Shown: in pieces, positions 22,571-35,628 of the stretch
Layout of the letters: each line of letters opens with the position of its first letter
Numbering within the stretch: the first letter of the stretch is position 1
IMG/VR virus record: IMGVR_UViG_2874962485_000005
Strand: one strand, 5' to 3'
DNA: 50,883 nucleotides
Source of the DNA: a virus
Taxonomy: Duplodnaviria; Heunggongvirae; Uroviricota; Caudoviricetes
Translations under genes and position numbers: made by a program
Notes under the pieces: model-generated
What the model was told of the DNA's origin: nothing
Database searches by the model: none
Seen by the model: only the letters and a program-made list of their open reading frames with translations

Positions 22571-23424
22571 TGGCATTATTACTGGAGCCACTGCAGTTCA
22601 CCTTTATGAGTCACGCACTGCTGATTTCACTGGTAGTTTCCATACCCTGTGCGCTGCTGTCGGTCTTTCTGGTCCTGAAAGGTTGGGCACTGATGGGTGA
22701 CGCGATGAGTCATGCGGTTTTTCCTGGCATCGTGCTTACCTGGATTCTGGGGTTACCTCTGGCTACAGGGGCATTCGTCGCCGGAGTATTCTGCGCGGTG
22801 GCGACGGGATACCTGAAAGACAACAGCCGAATCAAGCAAGATACAGTTATGGGGATTGTTTTTTCTGGCATGTTTGCCGCAGGTCTGATCTTGTATATTG
22901 CAATTAAACCAGACGTACATCTTGACCATATTCTTTTCGGCGACATGCTCGGGATAACCATCGGCGACATAATCCAGACGGTGATTATTGCCGGGCTGGT
23001 TACACTTGTTATTAGCGTAAAATGGCGGGATTTTTTGCTGTTCAGCTTTGATTATCAACAGGCGCAGGTAAGCGGTTTGCATACGAGATGGCTGCATTAT
23101 GGGCTGCTGTGCATGGTTTCCCTGACCATTGTGGCGACGCTGAAAGCAGTAGGTATCATTCTCTCTATTTCTCTGCTCATTGCGCCTGGCGCCATTGCAG
23201 TACTCCTGACACAACGCTTTCATATTGCGCTCCTACTGGCGACTGGCATATCGGTAATAGTGTCAATGACTGGTGTCTGGCTGTCCTTTTTTATCGACAG
23301 CGCACCAGCTCCGACGATTGTCGTCTTATTCGCGGTCGTGTTCATCATGACGTTTACCGTTACCAGCATCAACGCACGCACAAAGGGAAACGCCCATACA
23401 CAGGATCTGTTATCACCCAATTAG
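22567..23424 (+). CDS. sitD: SitD ABC transporter permease
   Basis: 285-aa hydrophobic paralogue of SitC, overlapping its stop. Confidence 0.88.
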   Translation: MMALLLEPLQFTFMSHALLISLVVSIPCALLSVFLVLKGWALMGDAMSHAVFPGIVLTWILGLPLATGAFVAGVFCAVATGYLKDNSRIKQDTVMGIVFSGMFAAGLILYIAIKPDVHLDHILFGDMLGITIGDIIQTVIIAGLVTLVISVKWRDFLLFSFDYQQAQVSGLHTRWLHYGLLCMVSLTIVATLKAVGIILSISLLIAPGAIAVLLTQRFHIALLLATGISVIVSMTGVWLSFFIDSAPAPTIVVLFAVVFIMTFTVTSINARTKGNAHTQDLLSPN

Positions 23425-23547
23425 CACAACATCCGAGGACAGCATCGTCCGCCAGCCTACAGAAGTCCGGAAAGCCATGGAAGGTCGTTGGGAGGAGGTA
23501 CGAATTCTATCATGCAAAAAATACGTAAAATCGATAACGCCTAGAAA

Positions 23548-23617
23548 TCATTCAATACTCGCACTATCGAAAGTTTACCAGCCAACCGCGGCACGTTCCT
23601 GCATACGACGTGCCGCA
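23548..23617. repeat. Copy B of the conserved ~70-bp hairpin element
   Basis: Aligns with 3371..3440; lies between convergent sitD and tail-fibre-assembly genes. Confidence 0.6.
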
Positions 23618-23624
23618 GCTTCTG

Positions 23625-24248
23625 TTATTCCACGATAAAATTCCTAACCAAATTCAAATCCTTCAGACTATTCAGCTCTTCCTTCAGCTCCCGCTGACGG
23701 CGATAAATCTCATCGTTGCGATCGACCTGCGCCTGCACCATTGCTGCCGCCAGTTCTTCCAGTTCCGGCATCGACAGTTTCACCTGCTGATTATCGGCAT
23801 CGCTCCACGCCATATGTGTTTGTGCTGTGACAGATTTTGCCAGCATGACTACCGGGGACAGGCGGCCCAGTGAGTCGGGACCAGCATTCCAGATACGACC
23901 GTTCCATTCAAACGTGAACAGCTTCGCCTCCTGTTCTGCGCGCCATGCTTCAATTTCCTGACGTCTGGCCTCTCTGGCCGCTTCCAGCATTTCTGGTGTC
24001 ACAGTGAATGGGGCTATCTCACCCCATTTGCCGCTTTGCAGTTCCTGCCAGATTTGCTGACCCGTCGGAGCGACATCATCAGCGGTGGCTGTGTAGGGGA
24101 CTGCCTGGTCCCTGTCGTCAAAAAAAACGTCACAGTCTACTGCGCCACTTTCGGTATAACGGGGATTAATGATTTTTTTAATTTCCACGGTGCATTCCTC
24201 ACGATGTGCGAATAAAAAGCCCGGGCATTGCGCCAGAGACATGAGCAT
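23625..24248 (-). CDS. Phage tail fiber assembly-like protein (copy 2)
   Basis: 207-aa ORF immediately downstream of the tail fibre gene. Confidence 0.5.
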   Translation of the reverse strand: MLMSLAQCPGFLFAHREECTVEIKKIINPRYTESGAVDCDVFFDDRDQAVPYTATADDVAPTGQQIWQELQSGKWGEIAPFTVTPEMLEAAREARRQEIEAWRAEQEAKLFTFEWNGRIWNAGPDSLGRLSPVVMLAKSVTAQTHMAWSDADNQQVKLSMPELEELAAAMVQAQVDRNDEIYRRQRELKEELNSLKDLNLVRNFIVE

Positions 24249-25467
24249 CCGGCACCCCGGACAGGGCGCAATATGACCCCGGTAATGAATGCTCTGAACA
24301 TCCCGTAATGAAAAATTGTGGGGATGCTATATACGTTCCGGTGGGAGTACTGGGCACTGAAATCCCCACCGGTCCCAGTCGTGAGCCTCTGTATGACTGC
24401 CCCCTGACAAGTCTGATGACTTTATCACCGTCAGCTTCTCCCTGGTACGCAGCAATAATCAGCCCGCCAATGTCAGGGTCTCCCCATCTGTTGCGGACAG
24501 AGCTCGCCACGATTCTGTAAATAATATCTTCTGTGGTTATATTTATTTTCACCCAGTCAGTCAGTCTGGATATGGGCCAGTAGCGGTAGCGGGTGTGATA
24601 AATGGGGCCGTTAATGCCGTAAAAAGTAAGGGATTTGGCTCTGTACCGCGGTTCTGTTGTCTCAGGGCGTGCATCAGTCCACCGGATGCTGAGCACCCCT
24701 TCAAACCGTGTGTCGGGTATGATGATGCCGTAGGGGCCAGCAACGGAATATTCACCTGGCAGCGCATTCCTTACCCAGGCCAGGAAATCACTCTTAGTGT
24801 CAAAACGGATAACATCTTCAGGCAGAAAAGCACACCCAAAGCCGAATGCGCCGGGTATCGCCAGACGGCCTTTTGTCCGGTCGTAAATGTCGCTCTGTGC
24901 TTCCATCGTGGCCGCACTTTTCAGCCCCAGATTATCCCGGGACTTCTGTTGTGCCTTTTCGCCTGCTGCTGCGATTTCAGACAGATGGTTAGCCGTTTTC
25001 AGAGTGCCGGTCAGCGCAGCATCAATGTCATTTTTGGCCTGCTCTGCTGCGCGGGCATAACCTGCGGCTGCCGCCACATCCTGCGCCGTCTGCTGTGCGT
25101 TTCCGGCTGCGGCCCCGGCGCTCTGCTGCGCCTGCGCCACCATTTCCTCAAAGCGTTTGACGACATCCGGTTTCAGGTCGCCCTCATCAGGAGCAATCAG
25201 AAAGTCATTCAGCGTGCCGGGCTTTGAGTCCTCATATACAGCAATGTCGCCAACGTTGTACTCGTTGCGCCAGTCCTGTTTCAGATACACACCATATTTT
25301 CCAGTCCGCGCATGGAAACAGTATTCACCATCGTTTCCTGTCATCACATCAGCAACAGTGTTCATCACCACTTCCGGGGGGTTTACCCGGGATTTCAGAA
25401 TAATATGGTATCCGGACATGGGGATACCTGCGCCATCAGTCAGCGCACCTGATATCACTACAGACAT
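24199..25467 (-). CDS. Phage (side) tail fiber protein
   Basis: 422-aa ORF with Ala/Gln-rich coiled region then a variable C-terminal domain; paired with an assembly gene. Confidence 0.6.
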   Translation of the reverse strand: MSVVISGALTDGAGIPMSGYHIILKSRVNPPEVVMNTVADVMTGNDGEYCFHARTGKYGVYLKQDWRNEYNVGDIAVYEDSKPGTLNDFLIAPDEGDLKPDVVKRFEEMVAQAQQSAGAAAGNAQQTAQDVAAAAGYARAAEQAKNDIDAALTGTLKTANHLSEIAAAGEKAQQKSRDNLGLKSAATMEAQSDIYDRTKGRLAIPGAFGFGCAFLPEDVIRFDTKSDFLAWVRNALPGEYSVAGPYGIIIPDTRFEGVLSIRWTDARPETTEPRYRAKSLTFYGINGPIYHTRYRYWPISRLTDWVKINITTEDIIYRIVASSVRNRWGDPDIGGLIIAAYQGEADGDKVIRLVRGQSYRGSRLGPVGISVPSTPTGTYIASPQFFITGCSEHSLPGSYCALSGVPDAHVSGAMPGLFIRTS

Positions 25468-25490
25468 TGTTTTTCTCGCGATAAATTAAA

Positions 25491-25862
25491 TCAGGAAGAA
25501 CCTTCCGGAGAGGCGGGCCATTCAATGGCGTTGTATGAGGATTTATCAGTGATGGTGCTGAAATCCATCGCCTGCAGCGATTTCGCGTAAATACGACAGG
25601 CTTTCAGCTTTTCTTTATCTTCGTCGCTGATTAACCCCAGCAGCAGGTCTTCTTCCCATTCCCCTGTCCGGGCACTGACCTGAGCCAGAAGGGCATCACG
25701 CTCATCTTCCGCTTTGAGTCTGTAGTCAAAGACAAATTCATCATTGCGGTAAAACCAGTAACCCGGCGCGGTAATGCGGCGGTTGGCGGTAATATCAGGA
25801 ACTTCAATAACACTGGCGTTACGGGGTTCAATGCCTGTCACATCCTTACCGACCCACACCAC
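25491..25862 (-). CDS. Phage tail fiber assembly protein (second cassette)
   Basis: C-terminal ...ISDEDKEKLKACRIYAKSLQAMDFSTITDKSSYNAIEWPASPE fits the Tfa C-terminal pattern. Confidence 0.5.
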   Translation of the reverse strand: MVWVGKDVTGIEPRNASVIEVPDITANRRITAPGYWFYRNDEFVFDYRLKAEDERDALLAQVSARTGEWEEDLLLGLISDEDKEKLKACRIYAKSLQAMDFSTITDKSSYNAIEWPASPEGSS

Positions 25863-26058
25863 GCGACCGTCTCCGGTGTAAGTTATTTTAATTGTGTCCT
25901 GGCGAAATTCTTCAGCTCTTCATACCAGTTTTTTCCGTCTTCTGAAAAAAGCCAGGTGACCGAATATCGTTTTGTCATCTGATATTGTTCTGCTGTTTTC
26001 GGATTACCCGTAGTAATATTTTTTAAATGCAACATTGTTAAATACTCGCTACGTTATA

Positions 26059-26411
26059 CTAGGTGCCATTAATCAGTTTTTGCAGTGGTCGGTAATACAC
26101 ACCGTCAACGTTATCCGCTGAGTTACGGCCGGTATCCGATATCGCCATCCCTGACAGCCCGTGTCCCGAAGGTGCGCAAAATCTCCACGAAACGGTGTTA
26201 CTGCCGGGGCTGTAATACATTTCATGGCCATACCGTACATCCTGTACCCCCTCTGTTCGATATTTATAGCGGGCATCGAAGTTTCCGTAATTTAACGGAA
26301 TTACCTGTCCGTTAACAGTGAACACTATGCTGTTATCCGGGTTTCTCTGGCTGAAAAAATGCCAGCCTGAATCATCGCCAAGCTCTGCAACAACAGGCCT
26401 GGATGGATTAC
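26059..26411 (-). pseudogene. Tail fiber protein C-terminal fragment (second cassette), 5' end removed by IS600
   Basis: ORF 26059..26427 reads into the IS600 copy 3 terminus at 26412. Confidence 0.45.
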
Positions 26412-27360
26412 TGAGGTGTACTGGCAATAGCGGACACTACCATTTGTTCTTTTTTTAAGCAGTCATCTGATGATATTTTTCCCTGAAGGCTGCCGGGGAG
26501 ATATTCCCCAGACGAGAGTGACGACGCTGACGATTGTAGAAAATCTCAATGTATTCCCGTATTACTGAGATGGCTTCATCCCGGTTATTAAAACGATAGT
26601 GGCTCAGGCTCTCATTTTTCAGCGTTCCCCAGAAGCTTTCCATCGGAGCGTTGTCGTAACAGTTACCTTTACGCGACATTGATGTTTTCAGACCAGACTG
26701 CTCCTGTATGACCCGGTAATCGTATGCGCAGTACTGTGAACCTCGATCAGAGTGGTGGATTAGCCCGGCAGGTGGGCGCTGGCTCCTGAGCGCCATAAAC
26801 AGGGCTTTACCTGTCAGCTCTTTTGTCATGCGCTCTCCCATGGCGTAGCCGACAATTTCACACGTATAAACATCTTTGATGCCAGCGAGGTACAACCATC
26901 CCTCCTGTGTGGCAACATACGTCAGGTCCGCCACCCAGACCTGATTTGGTGCTGTAGGAGCGAACGTCTGGTTCAGCAGATTTGGCGCAACTGGCAGATT
27001 GTGGTTCGGGTTCGTAGTCGCTCTGAACTTGCGTTTCTGCTTACAGCGTAGCCTCAGCTCCTTACGAAGACGTGCCAGTCGGTCACGACCAACGATGATG
27101 CCATTCTCTGCCAGCTCCGTCTGGAGCCGCCGGGTTCCATATGTTTCGCGAGTGCGGATATGTGCCACCTTAATCTCCGGTTTTAGCCGCTCATCACTTT
27201 GTTTTCTGTCTGAGGGTTCATGCTGTACCCAGTTGTAATAACCGCTCCTGGATACACCAAATACCTGACACATCGCTTCAATGGGAAATTGTTGTCGCCA
27301 TTGTTCGATTAACGCGTATTTTTCAGCGACTCCTGTGCAAAATACGCTGTTGCTTTTTTT
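26412..27360 (-). mobile_element. IS600 copy 3, truncated (949 bp; most of orfA removed by IS1)
   Basis: IRR end at 26412; sequence breaks at 27360/27361 where the IS1 terminus begins. Confidence 0.88.
26455..27273 (-). CDS. IS600 OrfB transposase
   Basis: 272-aa ORF (variant residues KPEIK, HQMTA). Confidence 0.85.
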   Translation of the reverse strand: MCQVFGVSRSGYYNWVQHEPSDRKQSDERLKPEIKVAHIRTRETYGTRRLQTELAENGIIVGRDRLARLRKELRLRCKQKRKFRATTNPNHNLPVAPNLLNQTFAPTAPNQVWVADLTYVATQEGWLYLAGIKDVYTCEIVGYAMGERMTKELTGKALFMALRSQRPPAGLIHHSDRGSQYCAYDYRVIQEQSGLKTSMSRKGNCYDNAPMESFWGTLKNESLSHYRFNNRDEAISVIREYIEIFYNRQRRHSRLGNISPAAFREKYHQMTA

Positions 27361-27375
27361 GGTAATGACTCCAAC

Positions 27376-27879
27376 TTACTGATAGTGTTTTATGTTCAGA
27401 TAATGCCCGATGACCTTGTCATGCAGCTCCACCGATTTTGAGAACGACAGTGACTTCCGTACCAGCCTTGCCAGATGTTGTCTCAGATTCAGATTATGTC
27501 GCTCAATGCGCTGAGTGTAACGCTTGCTGATAACGTGCAGCTTTCCCTTCAGGCGTGATTCATACAGCGGCCAGCCATCCGTCATCCATACCACGACCTC
27601 AAAGGCCGACAGCAGGCTCAGAAGACGCTCCAGTGTGGCCAGAGTGCGTTCACCGAAGACGTGCGCCACAACCGTCCTCCGTATCCTGTCATACGCGTAA
27701 AACAGCCAGCGCTGACGTGATTTAGCACCGACGTAGCCCCAATGTTCGTCCATTTCAGCGCAGACAATCACATCACTGCCCGGTTGTATGCGCGAGGTTA
27801 CCGACTGCGGCCTGAGTTTTTTAAGTGACGTAAAACCGTGTTGAGGCCAACGCCCATAATGCGTGCACTGGCACGACAT
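27376..27879 (-). CDS. insB: IS1 InsB
   Basis: 167-aa ORF (MSCQCTHYG variant). Confidence 0.9.
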   Translation of the reverse strand: MSCQCTHYGRWPQHGFTSLKKLRPQSVTSRIQPGSDVIVCAEMDEHWGYVGAKSRQRWLFYAYDRIRRTVVAHVFGERTLATLERLLSLLSAFEVVVWMTDGWPLYESRLKGKLHVISKRYTQRIERHNLNLRQHLARLVRKSLSFSKSVELHDKVIGHYLNIKHYQ

Positions 27880-28073
27880 CCGACGCCATTCATGGCCATA
27901 TCAATGATTTTCTGGTGCGTACCGGGCTGAGAGGCGGTGTAAGTGAACTGTAGTTGCCATGTTTTACGGCAATGAGAGCAGAGATAGCGCTGATGTCCGG
28001 CAGTGCTTTTGCCGTTACGCACCACGCCTTCAGTAGCGGAGCAGGAAGGACATCTGATGGAAATGGAAGCCAC
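27798..28073 (-). CDS. insA: IS1 InsA
   Basis: 91-aa ORF. Confidence 0.9.
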   Translation of the reverse strand: MASISIRCPSCSATEGVVRNGKSTAGHQRYLCSHCRKTWQLQFTYTASQPGTHQKIIDMAMNGVGCRASARIMGVGLNTVLRHLKNSGRSR

Positions 28074-28128
28074 GCAAGCACCTTAAAATCACCATCATAC
28101 ACTAAATCAGTAAGTTGGCAGCATTACC

Positions 28129-28284
28129 CGCGTTAAGTTCTTCGAGCATCTTACGAATATCACGAAGGACATTTCGGTGCTCCTTGCCTGTCAGCTCAGC
28201 AATTTCAACTGAGGTCATGGACACAAGCTGGTCGAGGTTAATGATGCTGATTTCTTGTTGTGGTTGTTGTGGTTGTTGAGACAT
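28129..28284 (-). pseudogene. Rha-like phage regulatory protein, N-terminal 52 codons, 3' end removed by IS1
   Basis: MSQQPQQPQQEISIINLDQLVSMTSVEIAELTGKEHRNVLRDIRKMLEEL...; ORF 28102..28284 continues into the IS1 end. Confidence 0.5.
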
Positions 28285-28399
28285 CGCTTGATTTCCTTTT
28301 TGTTTGCACCCTGAAGTCGCACCCCCACTGACCTACTCAAAGTCCCCAAGCGAAGGGAGACCAGCAGGACAACAGGATGCAAACAGAATGACTTTGAGA

Positions 28400-28653
28400 T
28401 TGAATACTATGATGATGACGATGTAGCTGTGCGGAGCTACTGGGAGGGTCTCTCTAGGAGCCACTCTAGGGTCTCTCTAGGGTCTCTCTAGGCATCAGGC
28501 TATACGAAACTACAGGGCATCCTAAAGAATGACGTACAGGGCCATAGAGGACCATAGAGGGCCATAGAGTTAGCTTCTGGGGGTAATGCCTAGAGGAGAC
28601 CCTAGAGAGACCTATAGAGAGACCATAGAGAAGACCTATAGAGAGACCCTAGA
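28400..28653. repeat. Short tandem repeat arrays (GGGTCTCTCTA x3, CCATAGAGG x3, GAGACC(C/A)TAGAGA x5)
   Basis: Direct reading; continues across the IS911-like insertion into 34880..34900. Confidence 0.75.
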
Positions 28654-28661
28654 TGAAGTGG

Positions 28662-32004
<3,343 letters not shown>

Positions 32005-32022
32005 TCAGAACCGTATTGATAT

Positions 32023-33594
32023 TTACTGAGAGCTCAGATCAACTTTCCAGGGCAACAGATCGCGTACCCGGTTTGCCGGCCAGTCCTGGATATGTTCAAT
32101 GACGTAACGCAGCCACTTTTCTGGCTCCACATTGTTCAGACGGCATGTGCCGATCAGCGAGTACAACACCGCCGCATGTTCACCACCGCTGTCGGAACCC
32201 GCGAACAGCCAGTTTTTCCGGCCTACGGCCACTCCCCGTAAGGCGTTCTCTGCGATGTTGTTGTCGATTTCCACCCAGCCATTACTGCAGTACACGTTCA
32301 GGGCCTCCCACTGTTTCAGCAGGTATGCGAACGCTTTTGCCGTATCCGAGTGACGCGACAGTGTTTTCATCTGAGTCTGTATCCAGTCATACAGTGACTG
32401 CATCAGTGGCGCAGCTCTGGCTTTTCTTGCTGCCAGACGCTGTTCTGCTGAACATCCCCGGACTTCTGCCTCGATGGCATACAGTTCACCGATACGCTGC
32501 AGGGCTTCCGTGGTGATATCGGTTGGCGCTCTTGCATGCACATCGTGGATTTTTCTCCGGGCATGGGCCATACACGCGGCTTCCGTTATTCTGCCGGATT
32601 CGTATAACGCCCGGTAGCCACCGTAAGCATCGGCCTGAAGCACTCCGCTGTAACCGGCCAGGTGATTTTGTGGATGGATGCCTTTCCGGTCCGGGCTGTA
32701 CGCGAACCAGACCGCCGCAGGCATCTGTGAACCGGCGTTACGGTCATCACGGACGTAGACCCACAGCCGGGCTGTCCGGGTTTTACCGCTGCCCGGCTCC
32801 TGGACCGGGACGGGGATATCATCGGCATGGACTTTACCGGGCATCAGCACATACTGGCGCAGGACGTCATACAGTGGCTCCAGCAGTTCAGCAACAGCAC
32901 CTGTCCAGCGCCCCAGTGTGGCACGGCTCAGCTCCACGCCCTGACGACGGTATATTTCTGACTGGCGGTATAACGGCAGATGGTCTGCATATTTCCCGGT
33001 GACAACATGGGCAAGAAGCCCCGCTCCGGCATAACTGCGTGCAATGGGTTTTGAAGGTACTGGTGCCTGCACGATATGGTCGCACCGGCAACAGGCCAGT
33101 TTCGGACGTTGTGTTTCGATAACCTTAAAGGCGCTGCTGATAAGCTCCAGTTGCTCTGACACATCACATCCCAGAGAACTGAGTTCACCACCACAGGCAG
33201 GACAGCATTCCTCTTCCGGCCGGATGACCCGGGTTTCACGGGGAAGTGAGGCCGGTAACAGTTTACGGGCTGAAGACTGGCGCAGGGCGGATGGCAGTAC
33301 CGGGTCATATTGCTCACCCAGCGTTTCCGCCATTTCTTCCTGAAGTGCGCTGATTCGCTCCTGTGCTTCCTGTATCTGTCGTTCGGTTTTTGCGCGAAGT
33401 TTTTCTGAGCTTTTACCGAACTGCATGCGCTGCAGTTTTGCAACCAGCGCCTTCAGCCGGTTGATTTCGGAAGCATAAGCCGCCACCCGCAGTGAGAGCA
33501 GGCGGTTATATTCGGCCATCTGGCGGATGGTGTCCTGTTGCGTCTGCAACAGTGCCCGCAGGCGGGCATTCTCATGAGCAAGTGAGGTGTCCAT
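32023..33594 (-). CDS. IS66-family transposase (OrfC)
   Basis: 523-aa ORF with N-terminal coiled coil and CxxC...CxxC zinc-binding motif. Confidence 0.85.
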   Translation of the reverse strand: MDTSLAHENARLRALLQTQQDTIRQMAEYNRLLSLRVAAYASEINRLKALVAKLQRMQFGKSSEKLRAKTERQIQEAQERISALQEEMAETLGEQYDPVLPSALRQSSARKLLPASLPRETRVIRPEEECCPACGGELSSLGCDVSEQLELISSAFKVIETQRPKLACCRCDHIVQAPVPSKPIARSYAGAGLLAHVVTGKYADHLPLYRQSEIYRRQGVELSRATLGRWTGAVAELLEPLYDVLRQYVLMPGKVHADDIPVPVQEPGSGKTRTARLWVYVRDDRNAGSQMPAAVWFAYSPDRKGIHPQNHLAGYSGVLQADAYGGYRALYESGRITEAACMAHARRKIHDVHARAPTDITTEALQRIGELYAIEAEVRGCSAEQRLAARKARAAPLMQSLYDWIQTQMKTLSRHSDTAKAFAYLLKQWEALNVYCSNGWVEIDNNIAENALRGVAVGRKNWLFAGSDSGGEHAAVLYSLIGTCRLNNVEPEKWLRYVIEHIQDWPANRVRDLLPWKVDLSSQ

Positions 33595-33613
33595 ATCCTC
33601 ACTTTACAACGGG

Positions 33614-33961
33614 TTATATGCGGATTCCAGCGCGTTCCGTTCGTTTCGGGTGCTTCCAGTTGATACCTTCAAGAAGCATGGATAACTGAGCCGGAGTAAG
33701 GTGCACCTTGCCGTCACGGGTGACTGGCCAGACGAAGCGGCCCCGCTCCAGGCGTTTGGTGAAGAGGCACAGTCCGTCACTGTCAGCCCACAACACTTTT
33801 ATCTGGTCACCCCGGCGTCCGCGGAAGATGAACAGGTGTCCGGAGAACGGGTCATCCTTCAGGACGTTCTGAACTTTTGAGGCCAGGCCGTTAAAGCCAT
33901 TTCGCATATCGGTGATACCGGCAACCAGCCAGATACGCGAACCTGCAGGGAGAGATATCAT
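33614..33961 (-). CDS. IS66-family TnpB (OrfB)
   Basis: 115-aa ORF MISLPAGSRIWLVAGITDMRNGFNGLASKVQNVL... Confidence 0.85.
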   Translation of the reverse strand: MISLPAGSRIWLVAGITDMRNGFNGLASKVQNVLKDDPFSGHLFIFRGRRGDQIKVLWADSDGLCLFTKRLERGRFVWPVTRDGKVHLTPAQLSMLLEGINWKHPKRTERAGIRI

Positions 33962-34638
33962 CAGTGGCTGCTCCCTTTTATTTCGCGGATAAGTGTCTGT
34001 AATAACGCCGGCGTCAGTTTACCTTTAAGCCTGAGAGTTCCGGCCGGCAGAACCAGCTCACAACACAGACTGTCGGACGGTGTATTTATCTGCTCTGGTT
34101 CCTGTGCCGGAGCCGGGATTTTATTATCCGGCTCCGGCGTTAACGTCACGGGAAGCAGTGCCGGCATATTTTTTCCGGAAGGCAGCAGGCCACCTTTCCG
34201 GTATTGATGGCGCCAGTTGAAGAGCAGGTTATCGTTGATTCCGTTTTCCCGGGCGATCTGCGCCACACAGGCTCCGGGCTGCAGTGACTGCTCCACTAAG
34301 GCGATTTTAAACTCATAAGGGAAGTTGGGCCGCCGGGGACGTTTTTTTACCACGGGGGCTTCGGATATAACGGTGCTTTCAGGACGTACGACTGGTACCG
34401 TGGAAAATTGTCCGTAAAGGCAGGCATCAAGTTCCTGCTCCGACATGCCTGAGGGCAAAGGCCACGAAAGGCCAGCTCTCCGAAAGCGCACAAACATACT
34501 ACAAACTGTTGATTTTGGTACACCCAGGCGACGCCCGGCCACAACCCGGGGTAAATGTTCTTCAAAGTGAAGACGTAAAGCTTCAGTGATCCAGGTCCGG
34601 TGTTTCATACGATAGTGTCCATTAAAAATGATGGACAT
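33961..34638 (-). CDS. IS66-family OrfA (HTH)
   Basis: 225-aa ORF overlapping tnpB start. Confidence 0.75.
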   Translation of the reverse strand: MSIIFNGHYRMKHRTWITEALRLHFEEHLPRVVAGRRLGVPKSTVCSMFVRFRRAGLSWPLPSGMSEQELDACLYGQFSTVPVVRPESTVISEAPVVKKRPRRPNFPYEFKIALVEQSLQPGACVAQIARENGINDNLLFNWRHQYRKGGLLPSGKNMPALLPVTLTPEPDNKIPAPAQEPEQINTPSDSLCCELVLPAGTLRLKGKLTPALLQTLIREIKGSSH

Positions 34639-34691
34639 TATTTTTGTAGAGCCGGAGGAAACAGACCAGACGGTTTAAATGAGCCGGTTAC

Positions 34692-34807
34692 ATTGTGGAA
34701 AGGCCAACATCCATAGCTTTGGCGGCATCTGCCACCGTGTATTTCTGGTCAACAACCAGTTGAGCGGATTCGCGTTTAAACTCTGCGCTAAAATTTCTTT
34801 TTTTCAT
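34692..34807 (-). pseudogene. IS911-like orfA, N-terminal fragment
   Basis: [39 protein letters not shown] then IS66-family insertion. Confidence 0.8.
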
Positions 34808-34899
34808 TGGAGCACCTGTGTTGTTCTGAGGTGAGCATATCACCTCTGTTCAGGTGGCCAAATTCAGTGTGCCACTTCAAGAGAAGACCTATAGGTTTG

Positions 34900-35110
34900 G
34901 TGATTGATTATTATAAATATCATCACCCCTTAAGGTATTCCCTTAGAGTTAATCTTTAATTGGTCTTTAATTAAATCTTTTATTTAATACTTAAAGTTAA
35001 TCTCTAATTGTGTCTTTAAGTTAACTTTAAGTAATACTATAAGTTAATCTTTAATTGTGTCTTTAAGTTAACTTTAAGTTAAGCCCCTGTAGGGACTAGA
35101 GACCATAATT
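34900..35110. repeat. AT-rich array of TTAAAG-containing direct repeats (two ~45-bp units plus shorter copies)
   Basis: ACTTAAAGTTAATCT(C/T)TAATTGTGTCTTTAAGTTAACTTTAAGT repeated. Confidence 0.7.
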
Positions 35111-35276
35111 AAGATGATTGTGTCTTATTGCTATTCACTTATCGACTGACCCAGAGCACACAGGAAGCATTCACTTTAAGTAGAACGCTTGGTGTCTGTA
35201 ATTGGTCATCCCGCCCCTGAAAGGATGCGATAAGTTACGGTTAGTTGTCCTAGAAGAGAAAACTTTTTGTGTCCCT

Positions 35277-35299
35277 TCTCCCTATAGTGAGTCGTATTA
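35277..35299 (-). promoter_or_regulatory. T7-class (single-subunit RNAP) promoter, copy 1
   Basis: Minus strand reads TAATACGACTCACTATAGGGAGA (23/23 match to consensus -17..+6); fires toward lower coordinates. Confidence 0.8.
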
Positions 35300-35396
35300 A
35301 TTATCCTTGACAAGTAGAGAAAACCATGAGTCAAAAACATGACCACACAGGTCTGTAGTAAGTGTCATCCTAGAAGAGAAAACTTTTTGTGTCCCT

Positions 35397-35419
35397 TCTC
35401 CCTATAGTGAGTCGTATTA
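35397..35419 (-). promoter_or_regulatory. T7-class promoter, copy 2
   Basis: Identical 23-mer, 120 bp from copy 1. Confidence 0.8.
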
Positions 35420-35517
35420 ATTACCCCTTGACAAGCAGAGAAAACTATGAGTCAAAAACATGACCGCACAGGTCTGTAGTAAGTGTCATCCTAGAAGAGA
35501 AAACTTTTTGTGTCCCT

Positions 35518-35540
35518 TCTCCCTATAGTGAGTCGTATTA
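35518..35540 (-). promoter_or_regulatory. T7-class promoter, copy 3
   Basis: Identical 23-mer, 121 bp from copy 2. Confidence 0.8.
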
Positions 35541-35628
35541 ATTATCCCTTGACAAGCAGAGAAAACTATGAGTCAAAAACATGACCACACAGGTCTGTAG
35601 TAAGTGTCATCCTAGACTATGGTCTCCT

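Larger units (their letters stand above)
27361..28128 (-). mobile_element. IS1 copy 3, complete 768 bp, no target duplication
   Basis: Canonical ends; left flank is IS600, right flank CGCGTTAAG. Confidence 0.9.
35249..35608. repeat. Three tandem ~120-bp repeat units, each containing one T7-class promoter
   Basis: Near-identical units starting about 35249, 35368, 35489. Confidence 0.85.

Noticed and set aside
32132-33343. ORFs antisense to or nested within the IS66-family transposase (32132..32353, 32145..32516, 32523..33002, 32928..33443, 33044..33343)
   Set aside because: Overlap the 523-aa transposase gene; typical of GC-rich antisense frames.
35249-35608. T7 promoter block as cloning-vector contamination
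   Set aside because: Three copies in diverged 120-bp tandem units with no vector-like flanks (no polylinker, lac or ori sequence), embedded between an integrase and a repeat array that is interrupted by an IS with a target duplication.
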